This document shows, piece after piece, positions 10,158 to 20,700 of a stretch of DNA of 64,000 nt. The stretch covers positions 23,946 through 87,945 of the forward strand of contig JBHLKM010000010.1 of NCBI GenBank assembly GCA_048886685.1, given 5' to 3'. Below the pieces are notes generated by a model. That model saw nothing but the letters and a program-made list of their open reading frames with translations. It did no database searches and was not told the DNA's origin. The position numbers were made by a program, and so were the translations under genes. This DNA comes from Candidatus Hodarchaeota archaeon. GTDB lineage: Archaea > Asgardarchaeota > Lokiarchaeia > Sigyniarchaeales > SOKP01. Every line of letters begins with the position of its first letter. The stretch's first letter is position 1.

Positions 10158-11651
10158 TTATTCTACAGCCCGTTTTGGAGGTGATCCGGATAATGTACTT
10201 TTAATACTGTTTTCTTGGAAAACTTTAAATTTGTTTTCATCCATCTTAGCAAGAAGCTTGATTAAATAATTATCTATTAATTCTTGACGAACAGAATTTA
10301 ATAATGAGTTATTAATGAGATTATTTAATTCATTTGGATCATTTTCTAAATCATACATCTCTACTGGTTTTCTATTCGCTGATTCAATTACCAGTTTATA
10401 TTTATCACTACGAACCATGGAGAAACCAGAAACCTCACTAAAGATAACTTTTTTTCCCGCTTGAGCTCCTTTACTATTGGGTCCAGATAGTACTTGTGAG
10501 ACTAAAGATCTTCCCTCACTACCTTCTAATGGTTGCGCATCAGCAATTTCTATTAAAGAAGCTGTAATGTCAAGATGATCTGTTAACCCTTGACAAGACC
10601 AACCGTTTATTCCTCCTGGTGGTCTAATTATGAGTGGGACATGAATAGCTCCTTCATAAAATACCAACTTATGACTCATGAAGTGATCCCCAAGCATTTC
10701 TCCATGGTCAGAATTATAAATAACCCATGTAATGTCTAATAAACCTTTTTCGGCCAATTCTTTTACAATTTCACCAATAAAAAAGTCGATTAATGTTATC
10801 TTTGCATAATAGAAAGTTCGTAAGATTTGATTTTGTTCTGTTGTCATATCTTTAAGACCACTTGAACTGAGTCTACTCTTATTTAAGCGGTGAGTTGGTT
10901 CCTGAGGCCATTCCAGAATTCCTAACGGCGTATTTTCTGGATTGTACATGTCTCTGTATTCTGCTGGAGAATCGAATGGATCATGAGGACCTGGAAACAA
11001 TATTTGAAGATAAAAGGGCTTATGGTCATTATAGTTGCGTATCCATTCTATAGCCCTCCGACCGGTATAACTATCTAAATGGTCTTCTGTCGGGAGAGGA
11101 CTGGGGGGATCTTCCCAAGGTTTAGCTTCACTAACCCAATATTTCCTGAGATATCTTAAAATATACGTTTTATGAGTTCTTAGTAATCCTTTTCCTTTTA
11201 AATAATCAGTATAAGGTGATCTATGAATAGCACTAGCCCATGGTCCTGTTAGGTCATGAATGTCAATAAAACCCCAATCCTCCAATAATTTAATTATCTC
11301 ATTGCGATTTTTCATTTTTCCTCGAACACCATGTGTATAAAGATGAGTCTTTCCGATAAGAGCAGTATGGTAACCAGCATCGCGAATATTTCTAACATGA
11401 CTTGGTCCATTGGATCTAGCTTCAATAGCATTATTCCACACTCCGTGCTCACATACATACCGACCAGTCATCATTGTAGCTCTAGCAGGCATACAGAGAG
11501 GAGAATTAGTAAAACAGTTAGTGTATATGACTCCTTCCCTTGCCAATTTGTCTAGATTAGGAGTTATTACGGAAGGATGCCCAACGCATCCAAGAGTGTC
11601 TCCTCGATGTTGATCCGAAAAAATATAGATAATATTAGGTTTTTCACTCAT
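10158..11651 (-). CDS. Cys-type S1 sulfatase-like hydrolase
   Basis: SDQHRGD, CMPAR, GKTH, PGPHDP and SDHGE motifs. Confidence 0.92.
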   Translation of the reverse strand: MSEKPNIIYIFSDQHRGDTLGCVGHPSVITPNLDKLAREGVIYTNCFTNSPLCMPARATMMTGRYVCEHGVWNNAIEARSNGPSHVRNIRDAGYHTALIGKTHLYTHGVRGKMKNRNEIIKLLEDWGFIDIHDLTGPWASAIHRSPYTDYLKGKGLLRTHKTYILRYLRKYWVSEAKPWEDPPSPLPTEDHLDSYTGRRAIEWIRNYNDHKPFYLQILFPGPHDPFDSPAEYRDMYNPENTPLGILEWPQEPTHRLNKSRLSSSGLKDMTTEQNQILRTFYYAKITLIDFFIGEIVKELAEKGLLDITWVIYNSDHGEMLGDHFMSHKLVFYEGAIHVPLIIRPPGGINGWSCQGLTDHLDITASLIEIADAQPLEGSEGRSLVSQVLSGPNSKGAQAGKKVIFSEVSGFSMVRSDKYKLVIESANRKPVEMYDLENDPNELNNLINNSLLNSVRQELIDNYLIKLLAKMDENKFKVFQENSIKSTLSGSPPKRAVE

Positions 11652-11811
11652 TTTTTATCCCCATTCAAAATGGTTAGTATTATTACTTATTTTTCAATCT
11701 ATGTTTATAATAGATTTAATAATAACTTAAGGTAAAACAAAATAAAAATTATACTATTTGATAATTTTCAAATCAGTACCATAAACAGTTTTTAAATTAA
11801 AGGATGATTGT

Positions 11812-13215
11812 ATGTCCAAGAGACCAAATTTTCTTATACTCTTTCCGGACCAGCATAGGGGAGATTTTATGCCTTATAATAAGGAAATATTTCAAAAGTT
11901 GGGCATGACAGAACTTCCCCTTAGAATGCCAAATATTAAAAGGATTATGAAAAAGGGGGTAACATTTACAAATGTAATTACTCCATCTCCTTTATGTGCT
12001 CCAGCAAGAGCCTGTTTAGCATCAGGATTAAGATATAAAGATTGCAGAGTTGTTAGTAATTCTGTGGATTATCCCGTTGATCTAAAAACATATTATTCAG
12101 CATTAAAAGAAGTTGGATATATTGTTAGTTCAGTAGGAAAATTAGATTTGCATAAACCAACGCTGTATTGGGGTTTAAATGGATGGATCCCAGATTTAGA
12201 TAAGATAGGATTTACGCATGTAATCGATAGTGAAGGCAAATGGGATGCATTCTTATCACTTAGGGCAGATAAATCAGAAACTAAACCTCAGAATGGAATC
12301 TCACCGCAAATTCACACCCCAAAAGGACCATACATGAAGTATTTACAAGATAAGAACCTCTTAACAGTTCATATGAGTGATTTTAAGAAACGATTTAAAA
12401 AATATTACACCGAACCTACACCTTTACCCGAAGAATCATATGGTGATAATTGGATTACTCAAAATGCGCTAACCATGCTAAATAATTTTCCAAAAGATAA
12501 TCCTTGGCATTTAGTAGTGAATTTTACAGGGCCTCATGAACCTTGGGACGTTACAGAACGAATGAAGAAAGAATGGGAAAATGTACCGTTTCCCAAACCG
12601 TTTAATGGGAATGTGAAAAAAGTGGACGAAGAAATAAAAATTCGTCAGAATTATGCCGCAATGTTGGAAAATATAGACCGGAATATTGGAATTATTATTG
12701 ATAAAGTAAAAGATAGAGGAGAAATCGACAATACGATTATAATATATGCAAGTGATCATGGAGAAATGTTAGGTGATTTTAACAAACATGGTAAACAATT
12801 ACCTCAACGTGGATCAACTCATATACCTTTAGTTATTTCGGGTCTAAATATATCAAAAGGCCAATATGACAACCAATTAGTAGAATTGCAGGATCTAACA
12901 AACACAATATTGGATTACGCTCAAATTAGCATGAAAGAGGCTAAAGCCTCTATATCATTAAAAGACTTGCTTGAAGGGAATAAAAATAACCACAGAAAAT
13001 ATCAGATATCTGCTCTTAATTTAAGTGGAAAGGAAAATTCTGGATGGAAGTTGATAAAGAATGAACGCTATAAACTCGTAATAGAGAAAGATATGGAGTT
13101 TAAGTTGTATGATCTCAATCAAGATCCTTGGGAAAGTGATGATTGCTCAAAAGAGAATCCTATTATCGTAAAAGAATTACTTAATGAATTACAAAATGTT
13201 TATCTTGAGAGATAA
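11812..13215 (+). CDS. Cys-type S1 sulfatase-like hydrolase
   Basis: PDQHRGD, CAPAR, GKLDLH, GPHEP and SDHGE motifs. Confidence 0.92.
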   Translation: MSKRPNFLILFPDQHRGDFMPYNKEIFQKLGMTELPLRMPNIKRIMKKGVTFTNVITPSPLCAPARACLASGLRYKDCRVVSNSVDYPVDLKTYYSALKEVGYIVSSVGKLDLHKPTLYWGLNGWIPDLDKIGFTHVIDSEGKWDAFLSLRADKSETKPQNGISPQIHTPKGPYMKYLQDKNLLTVHMSDFKKRFKKYYTEPTPLPEESYGDNWITQNALTMLNNFPKDNPWHLVVNFTGPHEPWDVTERMKKEWENVPFPKPFNGNVKKVDEEIKIRQNYAAMLENIDRNIGIIIDKVKDRGEIDNTIIIYASDHGEMLGDFNKHGKQLPQRGSTHIPLVISGLNISKGQYDNQLVELQDLTNTILDYAQISMKEAKASISLKDLLEGNKNNHRKYQISALNLSGKENSGWKLIKNERYKLVIEKDMEFKLYDLNQDPWESDDCSKENPIIVKELLNELQNVYLER

Positions 13216-13309
13216 TCCCTTTTTTAAAGAATCAAATAAATTTTTAAACTAATTGAAATTATGATTTGTTAATTTATATTCATTAATTTCTCAATAAATA
13301 GTTAAAATC

Positions 13310-14434
13310 ATGTTTGCGAAGCCAAAGAAAATAGGAAAATTAGAGATTAAAAATAGGTTTGTGAGGTCAGCAACCTATGAAGGATTAGCTACTGAGGATG
13401 GTGAAATTACTGATAAATTAATCGATTTTTATAAAACACTTTCAGAAGGAGGGTGCGGATTAATAATAACCAGCCATGCTTTTGTACAACCAAATGGAAG
13501 AGCTGGCGAGAATCAAATCGCTGTATCTAAAGATGATTTCATTCCAGGATTAAAAAAACTAGCAGATATTATTCATAAACATAATAGAGATTGTAAAGTA
13601 GCATTACAATTGACTCATTCAGGTCGCCAAACGAGGAGAATTGATGCTAAAGATATCATTGCTCCTTCAGCAGTATTGGATAGTTTTACAAATAAAATGC
13701 CAAGAGAAATGACTGTTGAAGAAATAGAAGAAACAATCGAAGCTTTCGCTCAAGCAGCAAGAAGGGCTAAAGAGGCTGGTTTTGACGCTGTTCAACTCCA
13801 TGGTGCCCATGGATGGTTGATTAGTGAATTTTTATCTCCTTATACAAACAAACGAACTGACGAATATGGTGGTAATACAGATAATCGAATAAGATTTGTA
13901 GAAAAAATTTATTTAAGAAGCAGAGAATTAGTAGGAGATGATTTTCCCATATTAATCAAAATGAATTGTGATGATTTTTTAGATGGAGGGATAACTCTTA
14001 AAGATTCAAAAAAAATCGCTAAAAAATTATCTAAAATTGGTTTTGGTGCTATAGAAATCAGTAGTTGCATGTGGGAAACTGTCAAACGAAAGAGAAAAGA
14101 AATTGGCTGGAAACCTACGTTTATACCTGAAAGCCGACCATCTGTTGGAACTAGAAATGAGGCTGCATATCATTTACCATATGCTAAAGAAATCAAAAAA
14201 GACCTTGATATTCCACTAATATTAGTAGGTGGAATTAATTCAATCGATTTAGTTGAAGAAATTTTAAAGAATGGGCATGCTGATTTCGTTTCATTTAGTA
14301 GACCATTAATTCGAGAACCAGATCTCCCAAATAGGTGGATGAAAGGCATCGGAAGTGCATTAGTTGAATGTGATTATTGCAACAATTGTTTATTTAATCT
14401 GGCTAAAACAGGTCTTCACTGCCCCAAAAAATAA
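13310..14434 (+). CDS. NADH:flavin oxidoreductase (Old Yellow Enzyme family) with C-terminal Cys cluster
   Basis: KNRFVRSAT, GFDAVQLHGAHGWL, NKRTDEYGG, SRPLIREPDLP and C-terminal CDYCNNC-x10-C. Confidence 0.93.
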   Translation: MFAKPKKIGKLEIKNRFVRSATYEGLATEDGEITDKLIDFYKTLSEGGCGLIITSHAFVQPNGRAGENQIAVSKDDFIPGLKKLADIIHKHNRDCKVALQLTHSGRQTRRIDAKDIIAPSAVLDSFTNKMPREMTVEEIEETIEAFAQAARRAKEAGFDAVQLHGAHGWLISEFLSPYTNKRTDEYGGNTDNRIRFVEKIYLRSRELVGDDFPILIKMNCDDFLDGGITLKDSKKIAKKLSKIGFGAIEISSCMWETVKRKRKEIGWKPTFIPESRPSVGTRNEAAYHLPYAKEIKKDLDIPLILVGGINSIDLVEEILKNGHADFVSFSRPLIREPDLPNRWMKGIGSALVECDYCNNCLFNLAKTGLHCPKK

Positions 14435-14623
14435 GAATCTTAAAAAAATAAAAGAGATTTCAATATCCTTAAACCATACAAAAATTTTATAAATCTATTA
14501 TTATTTTTAATTGAATTTTTATGGTCTAAAAACTTTAAAATATGTGTATTCATCCCAAATTCCTTAATTTAATAAATAATTATTTTGTTTAATTATTATA
14601 TCCAAAACAAATTGATCTAAACC

Positions 14624-15751
14624 ATGTTTGCGAAACCAAAAAATATAGGGAATTTAGAAATTAAAAATAGGTTTGTGAGAGCAGCAACTTTTGAAGGTTT
14701 GGCTACTGAAGAAGGTGAAATTACAGAAAAATTGATCGATTTTTATAGAACACTTTCAGAAGGTGGAACTGGATTAATCATAACTAGTTATGCGTTTGTG
14801 CAAGAAAGTGGAAGAGCTAACATTAAACAAATTGCTGCATGTAGTGATGATTTCATTCCTGGGTTAAAAAAATTAGCAAATGTTGTTCATAAGCATGGGG
14901 AGGGATCCAAAGTAGCGCTGCAAATAGTTCATGCTGGTCGTCAATCCCACCATTTGAAAGAACCTTTAGCTCCTTCAGCAGTATTGGAGAATTTTTCTAA
15001 AAAAATGCCAAGAGAAATGACCATAAATGAAATTGAAGAGACAATCGAAGCATTTTCTCAAGCATCAAGAAGGGCGAGAGAAGCAGGTTTTGATGCTGTT
15101 CAATTACACGGTGCTCATGGATATTTAATAAGTGAATTTTTATCTCCCTACACTAATAGAAGAATAGATGATTATGGTGGGGATACAAATAAACGACTAA
15201 GATTTGTTGAACAGATTTATGGGAGAACTCGAGAGTTAGTAGGGGATGATTTTCCAATTCTAATTAAAATAAATTGTGATGATTTTCTAGAAGGTGGAAT
15301 TACTCTCGAGGAATCCAAGAAAATAACAAAAATACTTTCTAATATAGGATTTGATGCTATTGAAATCAGTAGTTGTATGTGGGAAACTGTTCGACGAAAG
15401 AAAGAAGAGTTAGGATGGAAACCTACTTTCATACCAGAAAGTCGTATGGCAGTTGGTACCATAAATGAGCCAGCTTATCATTTGCCTTATGCTAAAGAAA
15501 TTAAAAAGGGTATTGATATTCCATTGATATTAGTGGGAGGTATTAATTCAATAGATTTGGTTGAAGAAATTTTAAATAAAGGAGATGCTGATTTTGTTTC
15601 ATTTAGTAGACCGCTAATTCGAGAACCAGACCTCCCAAATAGGTGGATAAAAGGCATCGGAAGTAACACTGTTGAATGTGATTATTGCAATAATTGTTTG
15701 CCGACAATATATGCAACAGGCCTTTTATGCCCTAAAAAGGAGAAATCCTAA
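14624..15751 (+). CDS. NADH:flavin oxidoreductase (OYE family), tandem paralog
   Basis: Same motifs, with the canonical HGAHGYL. Confidence 0.93.
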   Translation: MFAKPKNIGNLEIKNRFVRAATFEGLATEEGEITEKLIDFYRTLSEGGTGLIITSYAFVQESGRANIKQIAACSDDFIPGLKKLANVVHKHGEGSKVALQIVHAGRQSHHLKEPLAPSAVLENFSKKMPREMTINEIEETIEAFSQASRRAREAGFDAVQLHGAHGYLISEFLSPYTNRRIDDYGGDTNKRLRFVEQIYGRTRELVGDDFPILIKINCDDFLEGGITLEESKKITKILSNIGFDAIEISSCMWETVRRKKEELGWKPTFIPESRMAVGTINEPAYHLPYAKEIKKGIDIPLILVGGINSIDLVEEILNKGDADFVSFSRPLIREPDLPNRWIKGIGSNTVECDYCNNCLPTIYATGLLCPKKEKS

Positions 15752-15817
15752 AGTATCTGAAGAATTACACATAAATCTTCGATATTATAAATATTAAAAT
15801 AAAGGAGAATGTAATGA

Positions 15818-16678
15818 ATGAGTTCAAGTAAATTAATGAACCTAGAAGAAGCAGTTTCTACTTATGTAAATGATGGAGATCTTGTCGGGATTGGAGGACT
15901 TTCTTTTTGGAGAAAGGCAACCAGTGCTTGTCGAGAAATAATTAGGCAGAATAAAAAAGACCTTTCAATTTGTACGTTTGTTGGGGGCATAGAAGTAGAT
16001 ATGCTCATAGCAGGAGGGTGTGTTTCAGAAGTGAGAAGCTGTTTTGTAGGAATGGAAATATTTGGCATGGCTCCACACTACAGAAAAGCTGTCGAATCTG
16101 GTTCTATAAAAATTTCCGAAGAAAGTGAAGCTACTATTGCTTTAGGATTGAGAGCATCTTACTTGAAAGTTCCATTTATGCCTTTAAAGGGTATCATCGG
16201 AACTGACATGCCGAAAGTAAGGGATGATATTAAACAAATTGAAGATCCTCTTGGTTCAGGTACTCAAGTTATGGCAGTACCTAAGATAGACCTAGATGTT
16301 GCTATTTTACATGTGCCTTATGCAGATGAATATGGGAACGGTAATATAGCGGGAGCTGTGTGGATGGATGCGGATATGGCAAAAACAGCAAAAAAAACAA
16401 TTGTTATCTGTGAAAAATTAGTAGAAACTGAGGATATTCGCTATTTATCAGGAAAAGCACAATTACCTATGCAAACTACCACTGCTGTTGTGAAAAAACC
16501 TTTTGGCGCACATCCAACCTCATGTTACCCTTTTTATACGTTTGATCCGCTTCATATTCAATGCTATTTAAAAACAAATTTTGAAGAATATAGGAAAAAA
16601 TTCATAACAGATAAAACTACTGCTCAATATTTAGAAGAAGCAGGTGGAGTTCAAACAATATTTAATATTTTATTATAG
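15818..16678 (+). CDS. family I CoA-transferase-like alpha subunit (GctA/IpdA-like)
   Basis: DGDLVGIGG, VPFMP, DVAILHVPYADEYGNG and PFGAHPTSC motifs. AAGGAG SD upstream. Confidence 0.9.
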   Translation: MSSSKLMNLEEAVSTYVNDGDLVGIGGLSFWRKATSACREIIRQNKKDLSICTFVGGIEVDMLIAGGCVSEVRSCFVGMEIFGMAPHYRKAVESGSIKISEESEATIALGLRASYLKVPFMPLKGIIGTDMPKVRDDIKQIEDPLGSGTQVMAVPKIDLDVAILHVPYADEYGNGNIAGAVWMDADMAKTAKKTIVICEKLVETEDIRYLSGKAQLPMQTTTAVVKKPFGAHPTSCYPFYTFDPLHIQCYLKTNFEEYRKKFITDKTTAQYLEEAGGVQTIFNILL

Positions 16679-16690
16679 GAGGGAAAGATA

Positions 16691-17569
16691 ATGAGCGAAC
16701 ATTCGAAAGATTATACTATTGATGAATTGATGACAGTCTTAATGGCCAGAGAAGTAAGAAATGATGATGTAATGATCGTTGGTGTCGCAACTCCCATGGT
16801 ATGGGCAGCATTTACCTTAGCAAAAGTAACACATGCTCCTAACGCTATTTATCATTATATTATGGGAAACACATTTGTTATGGAACCTCGACAAGTGAGT
16901 TTGCTTTATCATGAAATGAACACAGCAAGAGCATACCGATTACAAGATAGTGTAGAATGCACTTTAGAATCATTGCCTTCTGATAAACTAACTACTATTG
17001 AATTTTTCAGACCCGCTCAGATTGATCAATATGGAAATAGTAATAACATATGCATTGGTGATTGGAACAATCCAAAAATAAGGCTTCCTGGCGCCGCAGG
17101 TATACTTGATTTTAGCATGTTCTATTCTCGTGGCTCTTTTCTTTATACACCTCGACATGATACAAGAACATTTGTGCCATCAGAAAAATTGTCTTTTATT
17201 TCTGGTGTTGGATTTCCTGAGGGAAAACCTTCAATATGTGGTGGGGCAGGCCCACAATGCGTCATTACCAATCTTGCTTATTTAGATTTTGATGAAAAAA
17301 CAAAAAAAATGAGATTAAGTTCAATCCATCCTGGTATTGACCTTGAAACAGTAAAGAATTCAACAGGATTCGATTTAGTAATACCTAAAAACCTATTAGA
17401 CTCTATGCCTCCTACTAAAAAAGAACTTGAATTGTTAAGGAATAAGGTTGATCCGTTAAATATAAGAAAATTAGAAATATTAGCTGGTAAAGAACGTGAA
17501 GATTTATTAAATGAAATCATCCAAAAAGAACTAATTATGGAAAATAGATTTCCTAAATTAATATTCTAA
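16691..17569 (+). CDS. family I CoA-transferase-like beta subunit (GctB/IpdB-like)
   Basis: YTIDELM..AREV, THAPN, AQIDQYGN, RLPG and GPQCVITNL motifs. GGAGG SD upstream. Confidence 0.9.
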   Translation: MSEHSKDYTIDELMTVLMAREVRNDDVMIVGVATPMVWAAFTLAKVTHAPNAIYHYIMGNTFVMEPRQVSLLYHEMNTARAYRLQDSVECTLESLPSDKLTTIEFFRPAQIDQYGNSNNICIGDWNNPKIRLPGAAGILDFSMFYSRGSFLYTPRHDTRTFVPSEKLSFISGVGFPEGKPSICGGAGPQCVITNLAYLDFDEKTKKMRLSSIHPGIDLETVKNSTGFDLVIPKNLLDSMPPTKKELELLRNKVDPLNIRKLEILAGKEREDLLNEIIQKELIMENRFPKLIF

Positions 17570-17739
17570 TTTGATAATTATAAATTATTAATCCAAATCA
17601 TATAAGATGATATAATCAAATTTCATATCTTCTTAAAAAGTAAAAATTATAAATTGAAATAACTGATTATTAATCATTCTTAAAATCAATGTAATAGAAT
17701 TTATGGTTAAGAAATTAGTGAAAATGTTAATGCAAACCA

Positions 17740-20700
17740 ATGATGGGCGAATCTGAAGATATATTATTAGAAAAAGCAGAACTTGAAGAAAAAACTTATA
17801 ATTGGACAGAAGCAGCAGTTGTATACGAAAAGCTAGTAAAAGAGTATAAAAGAGCAAACATATTAGATAAAGCAGCAGTTCTTTATAAAAGGCTTGGTTT
17901 TGTTAATTCACAAGCAGCTGATACGGTTAGAACAACAGAGCAGTATATTTCACTAAAAAGTATAGCAATAATGAATTATAGGAAAGCAGGTAACCTGTTT
18001 AAAAGTATCGGAATTAAAGCTGAAGAATTAGAATGTTATGGTGAAGCTCTCTATGAAGAAGGATGTACTAGCACTTCAATTAATACAGGTGAAAAAGAGT
18101 TCAAAAATTCTCTAGAATTTTTCATCCAAGCAAGTGAACTATTCTCTAATAAGGGAGATGAGGAGGGCTTTACAAGAAATATTATTAGATCTGCAATGTG
18201 TATGCATAATTTAATGAAATATGTTAAGAATCCTAAAGAATTGGAAAATATATTTGATGAAGGGACAGATTATGCAGAAAAAGCATGGAAATTTTCAAAA
18301 AAGTTAAACCATTTGAATTATCTAACTGATTCTCTTTACGCTTTGGTGAATATAATCATCCATAATTGCTTTGTAGAAGAAATGCCAACTTTTTATAATT
18401 TGGATCAAGGAAAAACACTAGCTTTTGATTTTAAAAAGTGGTTTAAGCGAGCAAAGATGACATTTGAGCTCACAAAAGATCAAAATAATTTAAAGATTCA
18501 TGGAATTATTAATTTTATCTTAGGATTTCTTTACTTCTATTATGGTTTTTTTCTCGCTGAAAATATGAGTGAGCAGAATCACAACATTGAAGAAGGTTTA
18601 ATTTTATGTGAAAAGGGATTAGATTTTATAAGAAAGACAAAGGATAATGGTATTATTACATTAATCATATTCTGGTTGAATTGGTGTGCGGTTATTGGTG
18701 GAAAAATTAATTATGTCCAGAAAAGGATTATTCAGGACATTAAAGAAATAAAAGAAGCTGGAAAGGTATATTCTAACTTATTTAGTTTTTGGAATTTTTA
18801 TAGCAATTTCTTACCTGCTCTTTATTACACAAATATTGCTCAGAGAAGCTTTTACGGTCCTAAGCAAAGAGAATCCTACGCCAAAGAAGCCTTAAACTAT
18901 GCTAAAGCTTCTCATAATAATATAGCTTTTAAGCCTTTTAGTGCCTGGGCATATCAAATATTAACTTGGTCTTACTCACAGTTAGTCTATCTTGCTAAAA
19001 ATGAGGAAGATAGAAGTAAATATGCAAAAAGTATGGTTGAGGCTGCAGAGAATACAAATAAAATTGGATCTGAGTACAAAAAAGGGTTTAGTAGAACTTC
19101 TGGATATTCTGCACTGTATAGATCATTCAAGACTCTAGCTGACATTGCTCAGAATAAAGAAAACAAAATTAAAATGTTAAGATCTGCTGTTGATGCTGCT
19201 GATAATTATTTAGATCACCCTGTAGAATCTCGGACAGGATTTATTGCTGCAAAGATACGTTTAGGGCTCCTTTATGAAGAATTGGGAATTATTTCTAAGG
19301 AAAAATCCTATTTAATAAGAGCAAAAGAAGTATATCTGAATGTAATAGAGGATAGCTTAAATAGGGGACATATTTCCTATGCAGCAGCTAGTCACGAATG
19401 TATTGCTCGTATCGAGGACCGATTAGGTAATCATAATGTTTCAGCAGAATATTATGATAAAGCACAAAAAGGATATGAAGAATCATTAAGTTTTATAGAT
19501 TATAAATTATTGAAAGACAGAATATTTGAGAAAAAGAATTATTCATTAGCTTGGAAATTAATTGAAAATGCTAAGTCATATCATAAAAAGGAAGATCATT
19601 CAAAAGCAAAGGAAAGTTATGAAGAGGCAAATAAAATATTAAGTGGTTTATCAAAATATAACTACGAAGCACATTATTATTTTGCTTGGATGCTATTGGA
19701 GGAAGCAGAATTACTTAGCAAACAAGAAGATCATAATAAAGCAATAAAGCAATATGAACAAACTAAAATGAATTTTTATGAAGCAATTACAATATTAGAA
19801 TCAACTCTTAATAAGACTAAAGAAAAAATGGAAAATGAAAGGATTAAGAAGCTCATTAAAGTAGCTAGAGTAAGAATGAACTATTGTTCAGCAAGAATTA
19901 ATCTTGAAAAAGCAAGGTTATTAGAAAAGCAAGGAAATAACCTAGCTGCTGCTGAAAACTTTGCAACTGCGGCTTCCATATTTAAGAATCTTTGTGAGGT
20001 ATTTAAGACAGAAAGTGAGAGAGTTGAGCTTGAGGCTATTTATTATCTTTGTCAAGCATGGGAAACTATGGCATTAGCAGAAACATATGAAGACCCAATA
20101 AGATTTGCACAAGCCTCAGACCTATTTAAAAATGCTAGTGAGATTTTTATTGATAGTAAATTAAATTTACTCGCATCAGGTAATTCATCTTTTTGTAAAG
20201 CTTTAGAATTAGGATGTAAATTTGACAAATCTCTTGAAAAGGAATTCAAAGAGGGATTATACCCAAAAGTTAAGATACTCCTAAGAAACGCGGCTTCTTC
20301 TTATAGAAAAGGTGGGTTTGAAAATGGAGCAGATTGGGCATTAGCAACTTCAACTTATTTTGATGCTGCTTGGTATATAATCAAAGCAGACATGGAAACA
20401 AATTTAGAGGAAAAGAAAAATCTATTAGAAATAGCAAGCAAACTTCTGACGTCAGCATCGGAGCTTTTTGAAAAAGCTGATTATGAACATAAGAAGAATG
20501 AGGTGTTAGATCGGCTTGAATCATTGAAAACAGAAGATAAAATTATTGTTTCTGCTTTGAATACTATAAAAAAACCATCAATGTCGAGCAGTACATTAGG
20601 AATTAAAGCATCTGCATGTCCATTAGAAACGAGTTCATCTTCAAAATTAAGTGAAATTCGTCAGTTTACGGAGGAAGAAACCAAGGGGCTTGAGAGGAGA

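Noticed and set aside
17633-17857. 74-aa hydrophobic minus-strand ORF
   Set aside because: It overlaps the start of the 1281-aa gene, and its composition reflects AT-rich antisense sequence.
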